64,000 bases of DNA from an uncultured Phycisphaeraceae bacterium (GCA_964391865.1 CAYMNQ010000003.1:1-64000), one strand, 5' to 3'. Counted from the first letter of the stretch, positions 17,450 to 27,567 are shown. Made by a program: numbers and translations. Notes: generated by a model not told the origin, from the letters alone.

Positions 17450-18424
17450 TCATGCTCCGATGCGCGGGTCGGCCCAGCGGTACAACACATCAACAATAAG
17501 GTTGAACGCGATCAGGATGGTGGAGAAGACGAGCGTCACGCCCATGATGACGAAGAGGTCCTTGCTCTGCACCGCGCTGACGAAGTGCCGGCCCAGACCC
17601 GGGATGTTGAAGACGCTCTCGACAACGAACGAACCGGTCATGGCGAAGGCACTCGCGGGGCCCAGGTAGCTGAGCACGGGGAGGAAGGCGTTCTTCAGCG
17701 CGTGGTCGATGACGACGCGGCGTGAGGAAAGCCCTTTGGCGCGAGCGGTGCGGGCGTAGTCGGAACTGAGCGCTTCGATCATGCCGAGGCGCGTCAGGCG
17801 CGCGATGTAGGCGGCGAAGGGGAGGCTGAGCGTGAGCGCGGGGAGGATCAGGTCGGTCACGCCGCCCCACGAACCGACTCGCCCCCAGCCGAGCCACACC
17901 GGGAACACCAGCAGCAGCGCGGTGCCGACGACAAAGCTGGGCACCGACACACCGATGAGCGAGAGCGCGAGCGTGGCGGTGTCGGCGAGCGAGTTGGGCT
18001 TCACCGCGCCGATTGCGCCGGCGGCGATGCCCAGCAGCGTGGCGATGAGCATGGCGCAGAAGCCGAGCGTCAGCGACACGGGGAGCGTGTCGGCGATCAG
18101 CTCGTTCACCGTCCAGTCTTCGTAGCGCAGGCAGGGGCCGAGGTCGATGACGGTGGGCGGCGGGTTGCCCGCGTCGCCCTTGATCGTTTCGCGCAGCCAG
18201 GTGACACCCGTGACGCGCGCGAGGTACTGCACATAGAACGCCGACGGGCTGTCGAGGTTGTAGCGGGCTTCCATCGCCGCGAGCACCGCGTCGGGCGGTC
18301 GGCGGCCCTCGTCTTTCACCATCGCCGACCCCGGCAACGCCCACGCGAGCAGGAATGTGATCGTGTACACCGCGAGCAGGACGAGCGGTGCTTGCAGCAG
18401 TCGGCGGAAAATCAGCCCGATCAT
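17450..18424 (-). CDS. ABC transporter permease, peptide/nickel (OppB/DppB) family
   Basis: 324-aa, 6-TM protein with the family's EAA-like loop (SSDYARTARAKGLSSRRVV). Its ATG overlaps the upstream gene's TGA (ATGA). Confidence 0.85.
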   Translation of the reverse strand: MIGLIFRRLLQAPLVLLAVYTITFLLAWALPGSAMVKDEGRRPPDAVLAAMEARYNLDSPSAFYVQYLARVTGVTWLRETIKGDAGNPPPTVIDLGPCLRYEDWTVNELIADTLPVSLTLGFCAMLIATLLGIAAGAIGAVKPNSLADTATLALSLIGVSVPSFVVGTALLLVFPVWLGWGRVGSWGGVTDLILPALTLSLPFAAYIARLTRLGMIEALSSDYARTARAKGLSSRRVVIDHALKNAFLPVLSYLGPASAFAMTGSFVVESVFNIPGLGRHFVSAVQSKDLFVIMGVTLVFSTILIAFNLIVDVLYRWADPRIGA

Positions 18425-20253
18425 GAGCCACCCCCCGCACCACCGCCCGCGAACGGCGCGCGCGTTTCGGTGGGTGTGCCGTCGACTTCGATGGCCCAGA
18501 GGTATTGCACGAGGCGTGGGTGTGTCGAGAGGCCGCGGACGTTGGCGCGGTTGAAGTGAAACTCCATCATGCCGTAGAGCGGGACGAGCGGCACCTCTTC
18601 TTGCAGGAGAAGGCGCTCGGCGTCGGCGAGGAGCGAGAGGCGCTTCGCGGGGTCGGGTTCGAGTTCGGCGGCGTCGAGCATCGCGTCGTAGCGCGGCGAG
18701 TTGAATCCGCGGTCGTTGTTGCCGTCGTCGGCGCGGTTGAGGTCGAGGAAGGTGGTCGGATCGCCGTAGTCGCCGAACCAGATAGCGCGGCTGGTGAAGT
18801 AGTTGCGCTGGCGGAGGTCCTGCTTGATCGCTTTCGACTCTTTGATGTCGACGCGGGTGCGGACGCCGAGGGTGCTTTGCCACATGCGCCCGAGCGCGAG
18901 AGCGGTGTCTTTGTGGTGCCCCGGCGCGCCGGGGACGAGCATTCCCACTTCGGGGAACGGTTCGCCGCGGGAGTTCTCGGGGACGCCGTCGGCGTCGCGG
19001 TCGCTCCAGCCGGCGGCTTCGAGTTCGCGCTTGGCGCGCGCCGGGTCGTAGGGCAGGCCGCTCGGCGAGGGGTACCCCGCGATGCCGCCGGGCGGGATGA
19101 GCGTGTCGCGGGCCGGCTCGCCGCGGCGGCGGACTTTCTCCGTGAGCGCGCGGCGGTCGATCGCCAGCGCGAACGCGCGGCGGACGCGCGCGTCGGCGAA
19201 CGGGTTCTCGCGCCCGTCGGGCAGGCGCTGCGCGCAGTTGAAGTTCCAGAAGTAGGTGCCGAAGGCGGGGTACCAATGGAAGTCGGCGCGCTCGCCGGAG
19301 TTCGCCTGCTCGATGAGTTCGGGGATGTAATCGACGTTCACGTCGCCGTGCCAGTCGGCGGCGCCGGTCTTGTACGCAAGCACGCTGGTGTTCTCATCGC
19401 CGATGGGCAGCATGCGGATGCGCCTGCTGCGCGCCAGGGCCGAGCCGGTGTAGGTGGGGCTGCGCTCCAGCAGCAGCTCGCGCTTGAAGCGCCATTCCTT
19501 CAGGATGTACGGCCCGTTGGTGATGAGCGCGTTCGGCTTGGTCCAGCCGTGGTCCTGGCGCAGCGCGCCGCTCGATGGGTCGGCGCTGGTGTAGCGGTCG
19601 ATGACGGATACATGTACGGGAAGAAACGTCGCGAAGGCGCAGAGGTCGAGGAAGTAGGGGGTCGGGCGCGTGAGCGTGACGCGGAGTGTGCGGTCGTCGG
19701 GCGTTTCGATGGCGACGGCTTCGTTGAAGCGCGCCTCGGCGTCGCGCGCGATCGCTTCCGCGGCGGCGCGGGTGCGCTCGGCGGGTGGGCGGGCGGCGTA
19801 GTCGCGGAGCTGGGCGGCGCGCCAGTCGAAGAATTCCTGCGCCCCGCGGATGCGGAAGAAGAGGGCGGTGTAGTCCGCCGCCGTGTCGGGCATGAGGGCG
19901 CGGAGCCAGGCGCGCTGGAAGTCGCGCGCGACGAGTGGCTCGCCGGTGGACCAGCGGGCGCTCTCGCGCAGGTGGAACGTGTAGGTGAGCCCGTCGGCGC
20001 TCACCTCCCACCGCTCGGCGGCGGCGGGGACGATGGTGAACTCCGGGCTGTGGATGTCCCAGCGCACCAGCCCCTCGAAGAGCGCGTACGCGAGCCGGAG
20101 GTCCTGCACGAACGTCATCCGCTGCGGGTCGAGCGTCTGCACGTCCTGCACTTCGATGTAGGTGAGGTCGGCGCGCGGCGAGGGGCGATCGCTCGCCACC
20201 GCGGCGAAGAGGGCCAGCCCGAGCAGCAGCACCAGCGCAAGAAGCTTCTTCAT
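18421..20253 (-). CDS. ABC transporter substrate-binding protein, family 5 (peptide/nickel/oligosaccharide)
   Basis: Signal peptide MKKLLALVLLLGLALFAAVAS. ~600-aa SBP_bac_5-like body. Translationally coupled to the permease. Confidence 0.85.
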   Translation of the reverse strand: MKKLLALVLLLGLALFAAVASDRPSPRADLTYIEVQDVQTLDPQRMTFVQDLRLAYALFEGLVRWDIHSPEFTIVPAAAERWEVSADGLTYTFHLRESARWSTGEPLVARDFQRAWLRALMPDTAADYTALFFRIRGAQEFFDWRAAQLRDYAARPPAERTRAAAEAIARDAEARFNEAVAIETPDDRTLRVTLTRPTPYFLDLCAFATFLPVHVSVIDRYTSADPSSGALRQDHGWTKPNALITNGPYILKEWRFKRELLLERSPTYTGSALARSRRIRMLPIGDENTSVLAYKTGAADWHGDVNVDYIPELIEQANSGERADFHWYPAFGTYFWNFNCAQRLPDGRENPFADARVRRAFALAIDRRALTEKVRRRGEPARDTLIPPGGIAGYPSPSGLPYDPARAKRELEAAGWSDRDADGVPENSRGEPFPEVGMLVPGAPGHHKDTALALGRMWQSTLGVRTRVDIKESKAIKQDLRQRNYFTSRAIWFGDYGDPTTFLDLNRADDGNNDRGFNSPRYDAMLDAAELEPDPAKRLSLLADAERLLLQEEVPLVPLYGMMEFHFNRANVRGLSTHPRLVQYLWAIEVDGTPTETRAPFAGGGAGGGS

Positions 20254-20333
20254 CGACGCGCGAACGATAGCAGGGGAGGCGGTCGGCGTTCAGCAATCGG
20301 CTGTCAGCCGGAGGAATGCCCCAAGCCCGAGCT

Positions 20334-21497
20334 TCACTTCTTTGGCGCGAGATCGGCGGCGTTCTGCCCGTAGGGGGGTCTGGTGAGCAGGCCGTTGGCG
20401 CCGATGTAGGCGGCGGCGGCGTCGTCGAACCACGTGGCGTCGTTGCGCTGTGCGGCTTGCTCGAAGGACTTGCGGAGTTCCTTCGCCGTGGCCTTGTTGC
20501 CGGGGTTTGCCTGCTGGTCGGAGAGGACGATGACGTTCTCCGACACGCCGACGATCAGGGTGAGGGCGTCGAGTTCGGGCTTGGACGCGGCGCTGGTGGG
20601 GTCGAGCGTGGCGAGCCGGTCGCGCGCGTGCGCCAGCGCGAAGCCCGCGAAAACGCCCGCTGACTTGGCGAATGGGGTCGTGATCGGTGTGCCGCCGGCC
20701 TGGAGCTGGAGCATGGTCTGGTACGCGCCGTCGAGGGCCTGGTAGACCGGGGAGGCCCATTCGCCGGTACTTGTGCCCGCCGGCGGAGTGGTGCGGAGGC
20801 GCTTGAGCACGGCCGCGCCGGCGTCGCACAAACTCTGGGTGGATTTGATCCGCAGGGTCGCGTTGCCCGCCCGCTCGGCGGCGGCGGTGGCTCGGAGCGA
20901 CAGCACCAGTCCTTCGGCGACCTTCGGGTCCGCCTCGCGCTCGAGCGAGTTTTTCACGGTCATCAGCACGGTGTCGACGGCGGAGTCGCCCAGGCTGTTC
21001 GAGCCGAGCGAAACCGCACGGAGCAATTCCTGATACCCCACGGCGGCGGCGAAACGGGTCGCCGGGACCGCGCTCTTCAGGCCCTCCTGCAGCACGCGCT
21101 CGGTGGTGGCGGTGGCGATCACGCCCGCAACGCGCAGCGCCGTCGCCGCCAGCATGGGGTCTTGCCCTTTCGTCAGTTCGGTCAGGCGCGCGGTCAGGGC
21201 TTTGGCATACTCGAGCCGGAAGGGAACCGTGACGGATTCGCCCAGCACCGGATCGACGAGCGCCTTGCGGGCTTTCTGCGCCATCGCGGGGTCCGGGTCG
21301 CGGAGGCGCGCGATCTGCTGCTCGGCGAACGACGCGATGGCGGCGGCATCGGCCGGAGACAATTCACTCTTCGCGGGCAGGTCCACTGGGAGCGACTGCG
21401 CGAGCATCGGCGCCGGCATCACCACGGCGGCGGCGGCGAAGAGGGCGGGCGCGAGCGCGCGGGCCAAGGGTCCAGTCTGTCGATCAGCGCGTCCCAC
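20334..21497 (-). CDS. hypothetical secreted protein
   Basis: GTG start with GAGGAAG RBS. Signal-peptide-like N-terminus. Balanced amino-acid composition, unlike the Arg/Pro-rich antisense frames. No recognisable domain. Confidence 0.5.
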   Translation of the reverse strand: MGRADRQTGPLARALAPALFAAAAVVMPAPMLAQSLPVDLPAKSELSPADAAAIASFAEQQIARLRDPDPAMAQKARKALVDPVLGESVTVPFRLEYAKALTARLTELTKGQDPMLAATALRVAGVIATATTERVLQEGLKSAVPATRFAAAVGYQELLRAVSLGSNSLGDSAVDTVLMTVKNSLEREADPKVAEGLVLSLRATAAAERAGNATLRIKSTQSLCDAGAAVLKRLRTTPPAGTSTGEWASPVYQALDGAYQTMLQLQAGGTPITTPFAKSAGVFAGFALAHARDRLATLDPTSAASKPELDALTLIVGVSENVIVLSDQQANPGNKATAKELRKSFEQAAQRNDATWFDDAAAAYIGANGLLTRPPYGQNAADLAPKK

Positions 21498-21734
21498 AGC
21501 GGCACTTCCTCGTCACAGGGGCGGAATCATTCCCGCGCCGGGCGATCACCTCGATCGTCGGCCGGACCCCCGCCGACCCGGTGCGTCAACCCGCGGCGGG
21601 TGGAACAGTGTAGTCGAACCGGCATTCCATTCGCGTGATCGGGCGTTCGGTTCGTTCGAGTTCTGGTCCCCCCGCGCGGGGGCGACTATTCTCTACCACC
21701 CCGAGGCCCCCGCCGAGGGAGATCGAGGCGACGT

Positions 21735-22040
21735 ATGCGAATCATGCAAGGCGGCATTTTGCTGGGACGGATCGTGCTGGGCGCGGTCTGGGCGATGCTG
21801 CTTGTGGTCGCGGGCTTGGCGGTGATCCTGAACCCCGGGCTGCGTGAGATGATCGGGCCGGCGGCGCTATGGCTGGGAACCGCCGGGATCGCCGCGGGGA
21901 CGTTCGTTTTTATGTTCGTGGTGGCGGATCGTCTGTGCCCGGTGGCGAACCGCGGGCCGATCGACGCCGTTGAACTGTTGGTCGCGGGCGTGATGATCGT
22001 GGCTTTTCTCGCGGCGCTGGTCGCGTGGTTGAGCCGATGA
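21735..22040 (+). CDS. small integral membrane protein (about 3 TM), first gene of a coupled three-gene operon
   Basis: Hydrophobic 101-aa ORF. Its stop overlaps the next gene's ATG (ccgATGAag at 22037-22040). Confidence 0.4.
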   Translation: MRIMQGGILLGRIVLGAVWAMLLVVAGLAVILNPGLREMIGPAALWLGTAGIAAGTFVFMFVVADRLCPVANRGPIDAVELLVAGVMIVAFLAALVAWLSR

Positions 22041-24556
22041 AGGGGGTCATGGTGTTCAGGCAGAGGGCCTTTCGTCGATGGGGTTGGATGTGGGCGGCGA
22101 CGGCGCTGCTGATGGTCGTGCCCGGTGCGCACGCCCGGCAGGGGTCCCCGCCCGCCGAGAAGCCCGCCCCGGCGCTGGATATGAAGCGGCTGGTGGGCGA
22201 CATGCTGACGCGCATCACACTGATGCGCCTGCGCGCGGTGCCCGAGCCCTCGGTCGCCGACTACCGCATCGCGGCGAACTCGCTGCGCCTCCTCCGCCCG
22301 GTCGCGCCGAATGACCCGGAGCAACTGCGCCTTGAGATCGAAGCTTGGGAGGGGGCGGCGGAGCCGGAGCGGCTTCAAGAGGTCCTCCGCGAGTTGGTCA
22401 AGCTCGATCCCGCCGATACCGCCGCCCAACTGCGCCTGATTACGACGCGCTTTGCAAGGCTGCACCGTGTTGAGGATCGGCTGGCGTCGTACTTGCAACT
22501 GCTCGGGCCGAAGGGGCGGGCGCTTGATCCATCGATCCGCAGCCGGCTCGCGCTCGACGCCGCCCTGCTGTCGCGCGACCACGGCGACGAGACCGGCTTT
22601 ATCGAATTCCTCACGCAGGCGGCCCAGCTCGACGCGACCAACAAGGACGCCGTCGCGCTCGCGTCGAGCTATTTCATCGACCGCACCGACGACCCGCTCG
22701 AGAAAGCCAAGCTGCTCGCGGACGTGGTGGTCGCCGACCCGACGGATGTCGGCGCGCATTTCAACCTGGCGCACGGGCTGATGAACCTCGGCGCGTGGCA
22801 GGCCGCGCGGCGGTGCCTCGACCTCGCGCACACGGTGCTCTCGAAGTCGTACGGGCAATCCGATTCGCAGAAGTTCATCGACAACAGCATCGTCGAATGG
22901 AACTCGAAAGACGCGGCGGCGGGGATGAAGCCCGTCATCGACCTGCACAATGCCACACAGACAAACATCAATCTTGAACACCGCAAGGCGCAGCTCGAGT
23001 TGAAGGTCGCGCCCGAGGCCCGCCCGGACGCCGCGCTGCTGACCGTGCCCATCGAGAGCATCCGGCTTTACGGCGCCTTCGCGCTGAGCGATGAGACGAT
23101 GGTGCAGCAGTCGATCGCGCTGATCCTGACGCAATCGAAGATGATCTTGAAAGATTTCGAGCCCGGCGGCGCGCTGCCCGAGGGGTTCCCCGTTGACCGG
23201 GCCGGCGAGGTGGCGACGTCGTTCCGGCTCGAATCGATCGTCACCCGGCTGGTGGCGAACGTCGACCTCGGCGGTGCGGAAGAAACGCTCGCGCTGCTCT
23301 CCAGCCCGGACGCGCCGGTGAAGCTGAGCGACGCGGCCCTGGCGCGCTTCCGCGCGTTCCTCGATGTGCGTTGGTGCGACGCCGAGCGCGCCCTCCCGAC
23401 GCTCGAGTTCCTTGCTGACGGCGGGGACAACCTGGCGCGGCTGGCGCTCGCGATCGCCGCCGAGCAGCGCGGCGACTGGGCCGAAGCGGCAGCGCACTAC
23501 GCGACCATCAACCTGAACGAACCCCTCAGTGTGCTGGGCTCTGCCGCCCGCACGAAGGCGGAGTTGTTGGGCCGCCCCGTGCCGCCCAAGCCGGGCGTTC
23601 CCGCGATCGAGGCGTATTTCAAGGAATGGTCCCCCTGGCTCGAAGGGATGGTGGGCGATCCGTACAAGTTCATTCTGTTGCGGGCGGAACTGGCGAAGCC
23701 CACGATCGGGCTCTTCGATCGCGCCGTGATGCGCGTGACGCTGAAGAACCGATCACGCCAGCCGCTGGCGCTCGGCTCGCTGGCGACGATCAATTCGCGC
23801 CTCCTCTTTTCACCGGATCTGCGCCTGAGCGCCCGCACGTCGGTAGAGACACCGCGCCCCGAGGTGCTCGATCTCAGCCGCCGCCTGCGCCTCGGGCCGG
23901 GCGAAGAGATCAAAGCCGACTTCTGGCCCACGCGCGGCTCGATCGGCATCATCATGATGCTCTACCCGACGGACACCGCCACGGTTCGCTGGCGGTTGGT
24001 GCAGGGGTTCCAGGTCTCGGGCAAGGGCGGGTTCGATACGGGCCCGATGTGCGTCACCGCCGATTCGTCCGTGCTCCAGCGGGCCGCGATCGTTGGCTTC
24101 GCGAGTGTCGATGAACTCATCGCCGCGCTCCCCACGCTCTCGGGTCGGCGGCTGCTCGAAGCCGTCTCGCTCATGACCCAGGAGTTACGCCGGCGCGTGA
24201 AGGACGAGCCCGAGGCCGCACTGAACGAGCGGCTCGGGCGCTACGCGCAGGCCGTCGCCGCCCGCATGGAGTCCATGAGCAGCGAGGAGCGTGCCTTCAC
24301 CATTATCATGCTTTGGCACTCCGGCATCTTCGGCACCGACGCCGGTAAACTAATCGCGTTCGGCGCGCGCACTGATGAGTCGCCCTACGTGCGCCTCGCG
24401 CTCATGCACTGCGCGGTGCTGACGCCCAACGACCCGCGCCTCGAAGAAGTTATCTCCTCCGGCACGCCGGTCGAGATGGAGCTTGCGAAAGCGGTCCGAC
24501 AATCGATCATCGAGTCGGGCCCGTACCGGCACCCGCCGCCCGAGCCCGAGGAATGA
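22037..24556 (+). CDS. large exported hypothetical protein (about 839 aa)
   Basis: Signal peptide MKGVMVFRQRAFRRWGWMWAATALLMVVPGAHA. Protein-like composition with an alpha-helical, TPR-like feel. The antisense ORF 21686..23497 is Arg-rich junk. ATGA overlap to the downstream gene at 24553. Confidence 0.65.
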   Translation: MKGVMVFRQRAFRRWGWMWAATALLMVVPGAHARQGSPPAEKPAPALDMKRLVGDMLTRITLMRLRAVPEPSVADYRIAANSLRLLRPVAPNDPEQLRLEIEAWEGAAEPERLQEVLRELVKLDPADTAAQLRLITTRFARLHRVEDRLASYLQLLGPKGRALDPSIRSRLALDAALLSRDHGDETGFIEFLTQAAQLDATNKDAVALASSYFIDRTDDPLEKAKLLADVVVADPTDVGAHFNLAHGLMNLGAWQAARRCLDLAHTVLSKSYGQSDSQKFIDNSIVEWNSKDAAAGMKPVIDLHNATQTNINLEHRKAQLELKVAPEARPDAALLTVPIESIRLYGAFALSDETMVQQSIALILTQSKMILKDFEPGGALPEGFPVDRAGEVATSFRLESIVTRLVANVDLGGAEETLALLSSPDAPVKLSDAALARFRAFLDVRWCDAERALPTLEFLADGGDNLARLALAIAAEQRGDWAEAAAHYATINLNEPLSVLGSAARTKAELLGRPVPPKPGVPAIEAYFKEWSPWLEGMVGDPYKFILLRAELAKPTIGLFDRAVMRVTLKNRSRQPLALGSLATINSRLLFSPDLRLSARTSVETPRPEVLDLSRRLRLGPGEEIKADFWPTRGSIGIIMMLYPTDTATVRWRLVQGFQVSGKGGFDTGPMCVTADSSVLQRAAIVGFASVDELIAALPTLSGRRLLEAVSLMTQELRRRVKDEPEAALNERLGRYAQAVAARMESMSSEERAFTIIMLWHSGIFGTDAGKLIAFGARTDESPYVRLALMHCAVLTPNDPRLEEVISSGTPVEMELAKAVRQSIIESGPYRHPPPEPEE

Positions 24557-25482
24557 ATCGGCATCGCCGATGGATCACGTTCGCGCTCGGCGCGATCCTG
24601 CTCGCCGCCGCCGTTGTCGCGGTGGCGCGCGCCGGCGTGTCGTGGGCGGGAGTATGGTCGATGCTCCGCGCCGCGCCGGCGGGTGTGCTCGCGGTCGCGG
24701 TTGGTGCGACGTTGCTGACCGTCGTGCTCACCGCCGGCACGTTCCACCTGCTCACGAACCGCTACGGCCGGGTCGGCGCGGGAGAAATGCTCGCGCTCAT
24801 TGGTGCCGCGTGGCTGCTCAACTACCTCCCCATGTCCCCCGGCATGTTCGGGCGCCTCGCGTATCACAAGTCGGTCAACCGCATCGCGCTCGCCGACTCC
24901 GCGAAGGTGCTTCTGTGGGCGAACCTGCTCAGCCTGGTCGCCGTCGCGATGACGCTCGCGGTGGTGGTGGCGGCGTCGGTCTTCTTCGCCGGCGATCACG
25001 CCGGCTTCGCGCTCATCGGCGCGCTGCCGATCGGCGTCGCGCTGCTCGGCGCGTGGCGCGCGAGGGCCGTTCCGCCGCCGCCCGACCCGCACCTGTGGCG
25101 GACGCTCGGCGCACTCACGCTCCGGCTCCTCGAGATTCAAACCTGGGCCGCCCGCTACTGGGCGTGCTTTGTAATCATCGACCGCCCGCTCGCGTGGGGT
25201 GCGTGCCTGGCGCTGGCGGCGGCGACAACCATCGCCACCATACTCCCCATCGCCGGCAACGGGCTTGGCGTGCGCGAGTGGGCCGTCGGATTGCTCATGC
25301 CTCTGTTGCCAGTGGGCATCGCGTCGCGCGCGGGGTTGCTGGTGGGCGACGGCTTGACCGCCGATCTCGTTCACCGCGCGATCGAAGTCGTGGTCGCCGT
25401 GCCGATCGGACTCTTGGCGGCGGTATGGGTGAAGCGTCGGCTCACACAATCCCAGCGCCGAGCGTCAGACCCAGCACCATGA
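24553..25482 (+). CDS. flippase-like / lysylphosphatidylglycerol-synthase-TM-domain-like (UPF0104) membrane protein
   Basis: 8-TM topology. Conserved P-x-G-N-G-L-G-x-x-E segment (LPIAGNGLGVREWAV) typical of UPF0104. Start is ATGA-coupled to the upstream gene. Confidence 0.55.
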   Translation: MNRHRRWITFALGAILLAAAVVAVARAGVSWAGVWSMLRAAPAGVLAVAVGATLLTVVLTAGTFHLLTNRYGRVGAGEMLALIGAAWLLNYLPMSPGMFGRLAYHKSVNRIALADSAKVLLWANLLSLVAVAMTLAVVVAASVFFAGDHAGFALIGALPIGVALLGAWRARAVPPPPDPHLWRTLGALTLRLLEIQTWAARYWACFVIIDRPLAWGACLALAAATTIATILPIAGNGLGVREWAVGLLMPLLPVGIASRAGLLVGDGLTADLVHRAIEVVVAVPIGLLAAVWVKRRLTQSQRRASDPAP

Positions 25483-26242
25483 GCGCAAGCGCCACGCTCA
25501 CCCTCAGCCCCTTCAGTGTCACTTTGCGGATGAGGATCATTCCCGCGACCGAACCTGCGAACGCCGCCAACGACGCCGCAGCGATGAGCCACATCAGGCG
25601 CGGTTCGACTGGTGTGCTGCCGCCGGCGCGCGTGAAGGCGAAGCGGTCCACGCCGTAGACACCCAGGCGCGCCACATCCACTAGGCACGCGATCACCACG
25701 CCCGACGCGATAAAGCTCTCCTTGCTCAATCCCGCGCGGAGCAGGAACGCCGATCGAAGCGCCCCCTGGTGCCCGGACAAGCCGCCGAAGAACCCGCTGA
25801 CCGCCCCGCCCAGCGGAATCCAGCGCTGGTCAAACTCCAGCTTCTCGAACCGGGGCCACAGTTCGATCGCCGCGAACGCGATGATGACGAGCGCCATCAC
25901 GAGTTTGAGCGGTGTCACGGCCGCCGTGCGCCCGAGCACTGGGTACTCAAGCATCGGGCGCTCGGAGTGCGCGAGTACCGTCAGCAGCCACGCGCCGATC
26001 AGCGCCGCGATCACGGCGGGCAATCCGAACGCGAGCACAACGGCTCGATCCGACCGTCGTCCGACGAGCATCAGCTTGAACACGTTGTTCGCCAGATGAA
26101 CGATCGCGGTCGCCGCCACCGCCAGTTCCACCGGCGCGACGAGCGCAAAGACGGGCATAAGCAGCGTGCCCAGCCCGAAGCCGCAGAAGAAGGTCAGCAC
26201 GCTGACCGCGCCGGCGGCGAACGTGACGAGCAGGAAGTCCAT
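25442..26242 (-). CDS. TSUP-family (TauE/SafE, DUF81) anion exporter
   Basis: 266 aa, two 4-TM repeats with Gly-rich motifs (FFCGFGLGTLLMP; GGLSGHQGALRSAFLL). Convergent 41-nt overlap with the previous gene. Confidence 0.8.
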   Translation of the reverse strand: MDFLLVTFAAGAVSVLTFFCGFGLGTLLMPVFALVAPVELAVAATAIVHLANNVFKLMLVGRRSDRAVVLAFGLPAVIAALIGAWLLTVLAHSERPMLEYPVLGRTAAVTPLKLVMALVIIAFAAIELWPRFEKLEFDQRWIPLGGAVSGFFGGLSGHQGALRSAFLLRAGLSKESFIASGVVIACLVDVARLGVYGVDRFAFTRAGGSTPVEPRLMWLIAAASLAAFAGSVAGMILIRKVTLKGLRVSVALALMVLGLTLGAGIV

Positions 26243-26271
26243 CCGCGTAGTGTGCCGCGCGCCCGCCGAGC

Positions 26272-27567
26272 GTGCGCGACTACACTCCGCGCGTGGACCA
26301 GCCGGTAGACGTGTGCGTGATCGGGTGCGGGGCCGCCGGCCTGATGGCGGCGATCTTCGCCGCCCGCGCCGCGCGCGAAGCGGGGCGCGACACGCGCATC
26401 CTCGCGCTCGACGGCGCGCGGACTCTCGGCGCGAAAATCCTCGTTGCCGGCGGCGGGCGCTGCAACGTGACGCACCACGAGGTCACCGAAGCCGCGTACG
26501 CAGGGTCGTCACGGAATGCGATCAAGAAGGTGCTGCGCCGGTTTGATGTGCCGCGGACGGTTGAGTTTTTCGGGGAGCTCGGGGTCGAGCTGAAACGCGA
26601 GGAGACAGGGAAACTCTTCCCCGTGACCGACCGAGCGCGCACGGTGCTCGACGCCCTGTTGCGCGAATCAGAGCGAGCGGGCGCGCAGCTCGAACACCCG
26701 TGGCGGGTCGGGCGCGTGGAACGCGCCGGCGAGTTGTTCCGCGTCATCGAAGCCGCGCCGGGCGAGCGAACGATCCTCGCGCGGCGCGTGATTCTCGCCA
26801 CCGGCGGGAAGAGCCTGCCGAAAAGCGGTTCCGACGGCGCGGGGTATGACATCGCCAGATCGCTTGGACACTCGATCACCGATCGCGTGTTCCCCGCGCT
26901 CGTGCCGCTGGTGCTGCCGGGCGATCATTTTCTGCGCGGGCTGAGCGGCGTAACGCTGCCCACCACGCTCGAAGTGCGTTCCGCAACGGGCAAGCGCCTC
27001 GCGTCGTTCACGAACTCGACCCTCTTCACGCACTTCGGGCTGTCCGGGCCGGGGCCGCTGGATATCAGCCGCTACTTCACCGACGCGCGCTTGGATGACC
27101 CCGGCGCTCGGCTGGTGATGAACGCCGCCCCGACGCTGGGCGAGTCGTGCGCGGAGGCGGGTGAGTCGCTCGACCGTGCGCTGCAAGCCCTCGGTCGCGG
27201 CACGATCATCACACTGCTGCGCGAGCGGATGCCGGAGCGGCTCGCGCGAGCGCTGTGCGACGATGCGAAGGTTGATGGGGCGACGACCGGAGCGAACCTG
27301 CCGCGCGAGGCGCGCCGGACGCTTGTGCGCGCCGTCACCGAACTCGACCTTCCGGTCGCCGGCGACCGCGGCTACACGTACGCCGAAGTGACCGCCGGCG
27401 GCGTGCCGCTCGCGGAACTTCACCTCGAGCGCATGGAGTCCCGCGTGTGCCCCGGGCTGTTCCTCGCGGGCGAGCTCTGTGACGTGGACGGGCGCATCGG
27501 CGGGTTCAACTTCCAGTGGGCTTGGGCCAGTGGGTTCGTGGCGGGCTTGAGCGCGGTGAATGGTTGA
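26272..27567 (+). CDS. HI0933-family NAD(P)/FAD-dependent flavoprotein (aminoacetone-oxidase-like)
   Basis: DVCVIGCGAAGLMAAIFAA dinucleotide-binding start; GGGRCN and GG motifs of the family. GTG start; a downstream GTG is possible. Confidence 0.8.
   Translation: MRDYTPRVDQPVDVCVIGCGAAGLMAAIFAARAAREAGRDTRILALDGARTLGAKILVAGGGRCNVTHHEVTEAAYAGSSRNAIKKVLRRFDVPRTVEFFGELGVELKREETGKLFPVTDRARTVLDALLRESERAGAQLEHPWRVGRVERAGELFRVIEAAPGERTILARRVILATGGKSLPKSGSDGAGYDIARSLGHSITDRVFPALVPLVLPGDHFLRGLSGVTLPTTLEVRSATGKRLASFTNSTLFTHFGLSGPGPLDISRYFTDARLDDPGARLVMNAAPTLGESCAEAGESLDRALQALGRGTIITLLRERMPERLARALCDDAKVDGATTGANLPREARRTLVRAVTELDLPVAGDRGYTYAEVTAGGVPLAELHLERMESRVCPGLFLAGELCDVDGRIGGFNFQWAWASGFVAGLSAVNG

Noticed and set aside
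18505-20373. 622-aa plus-strand ORF
   Set aside because: Gly/Ala/Val/Glu-rich frame, antisense to the ABC substrate-binding protein.
21600-21670. tRNA-like GTTCGAGT motif and CCCCCGCGCGGGGG hairpin
   Set aside because: No cloverleaf and no D-loop or anticodon arm. Judged a simple GC hairpin in the intergenic region. No tRNA genes found anywhere in the window.
21686-23497. 603-aa minus-strand ORF
   Set aside because: Arg-rich frame, antisense to the 839-aa exported protein. That protein has balanced composition and operon coupling.
24385-25658. Overlapping ORFs 24385..25449 (-) and 24483..25658 (+)
   Set aside because: Arg/Gly/His-rich frames overlapping the UPF0104 membrane protein gene.
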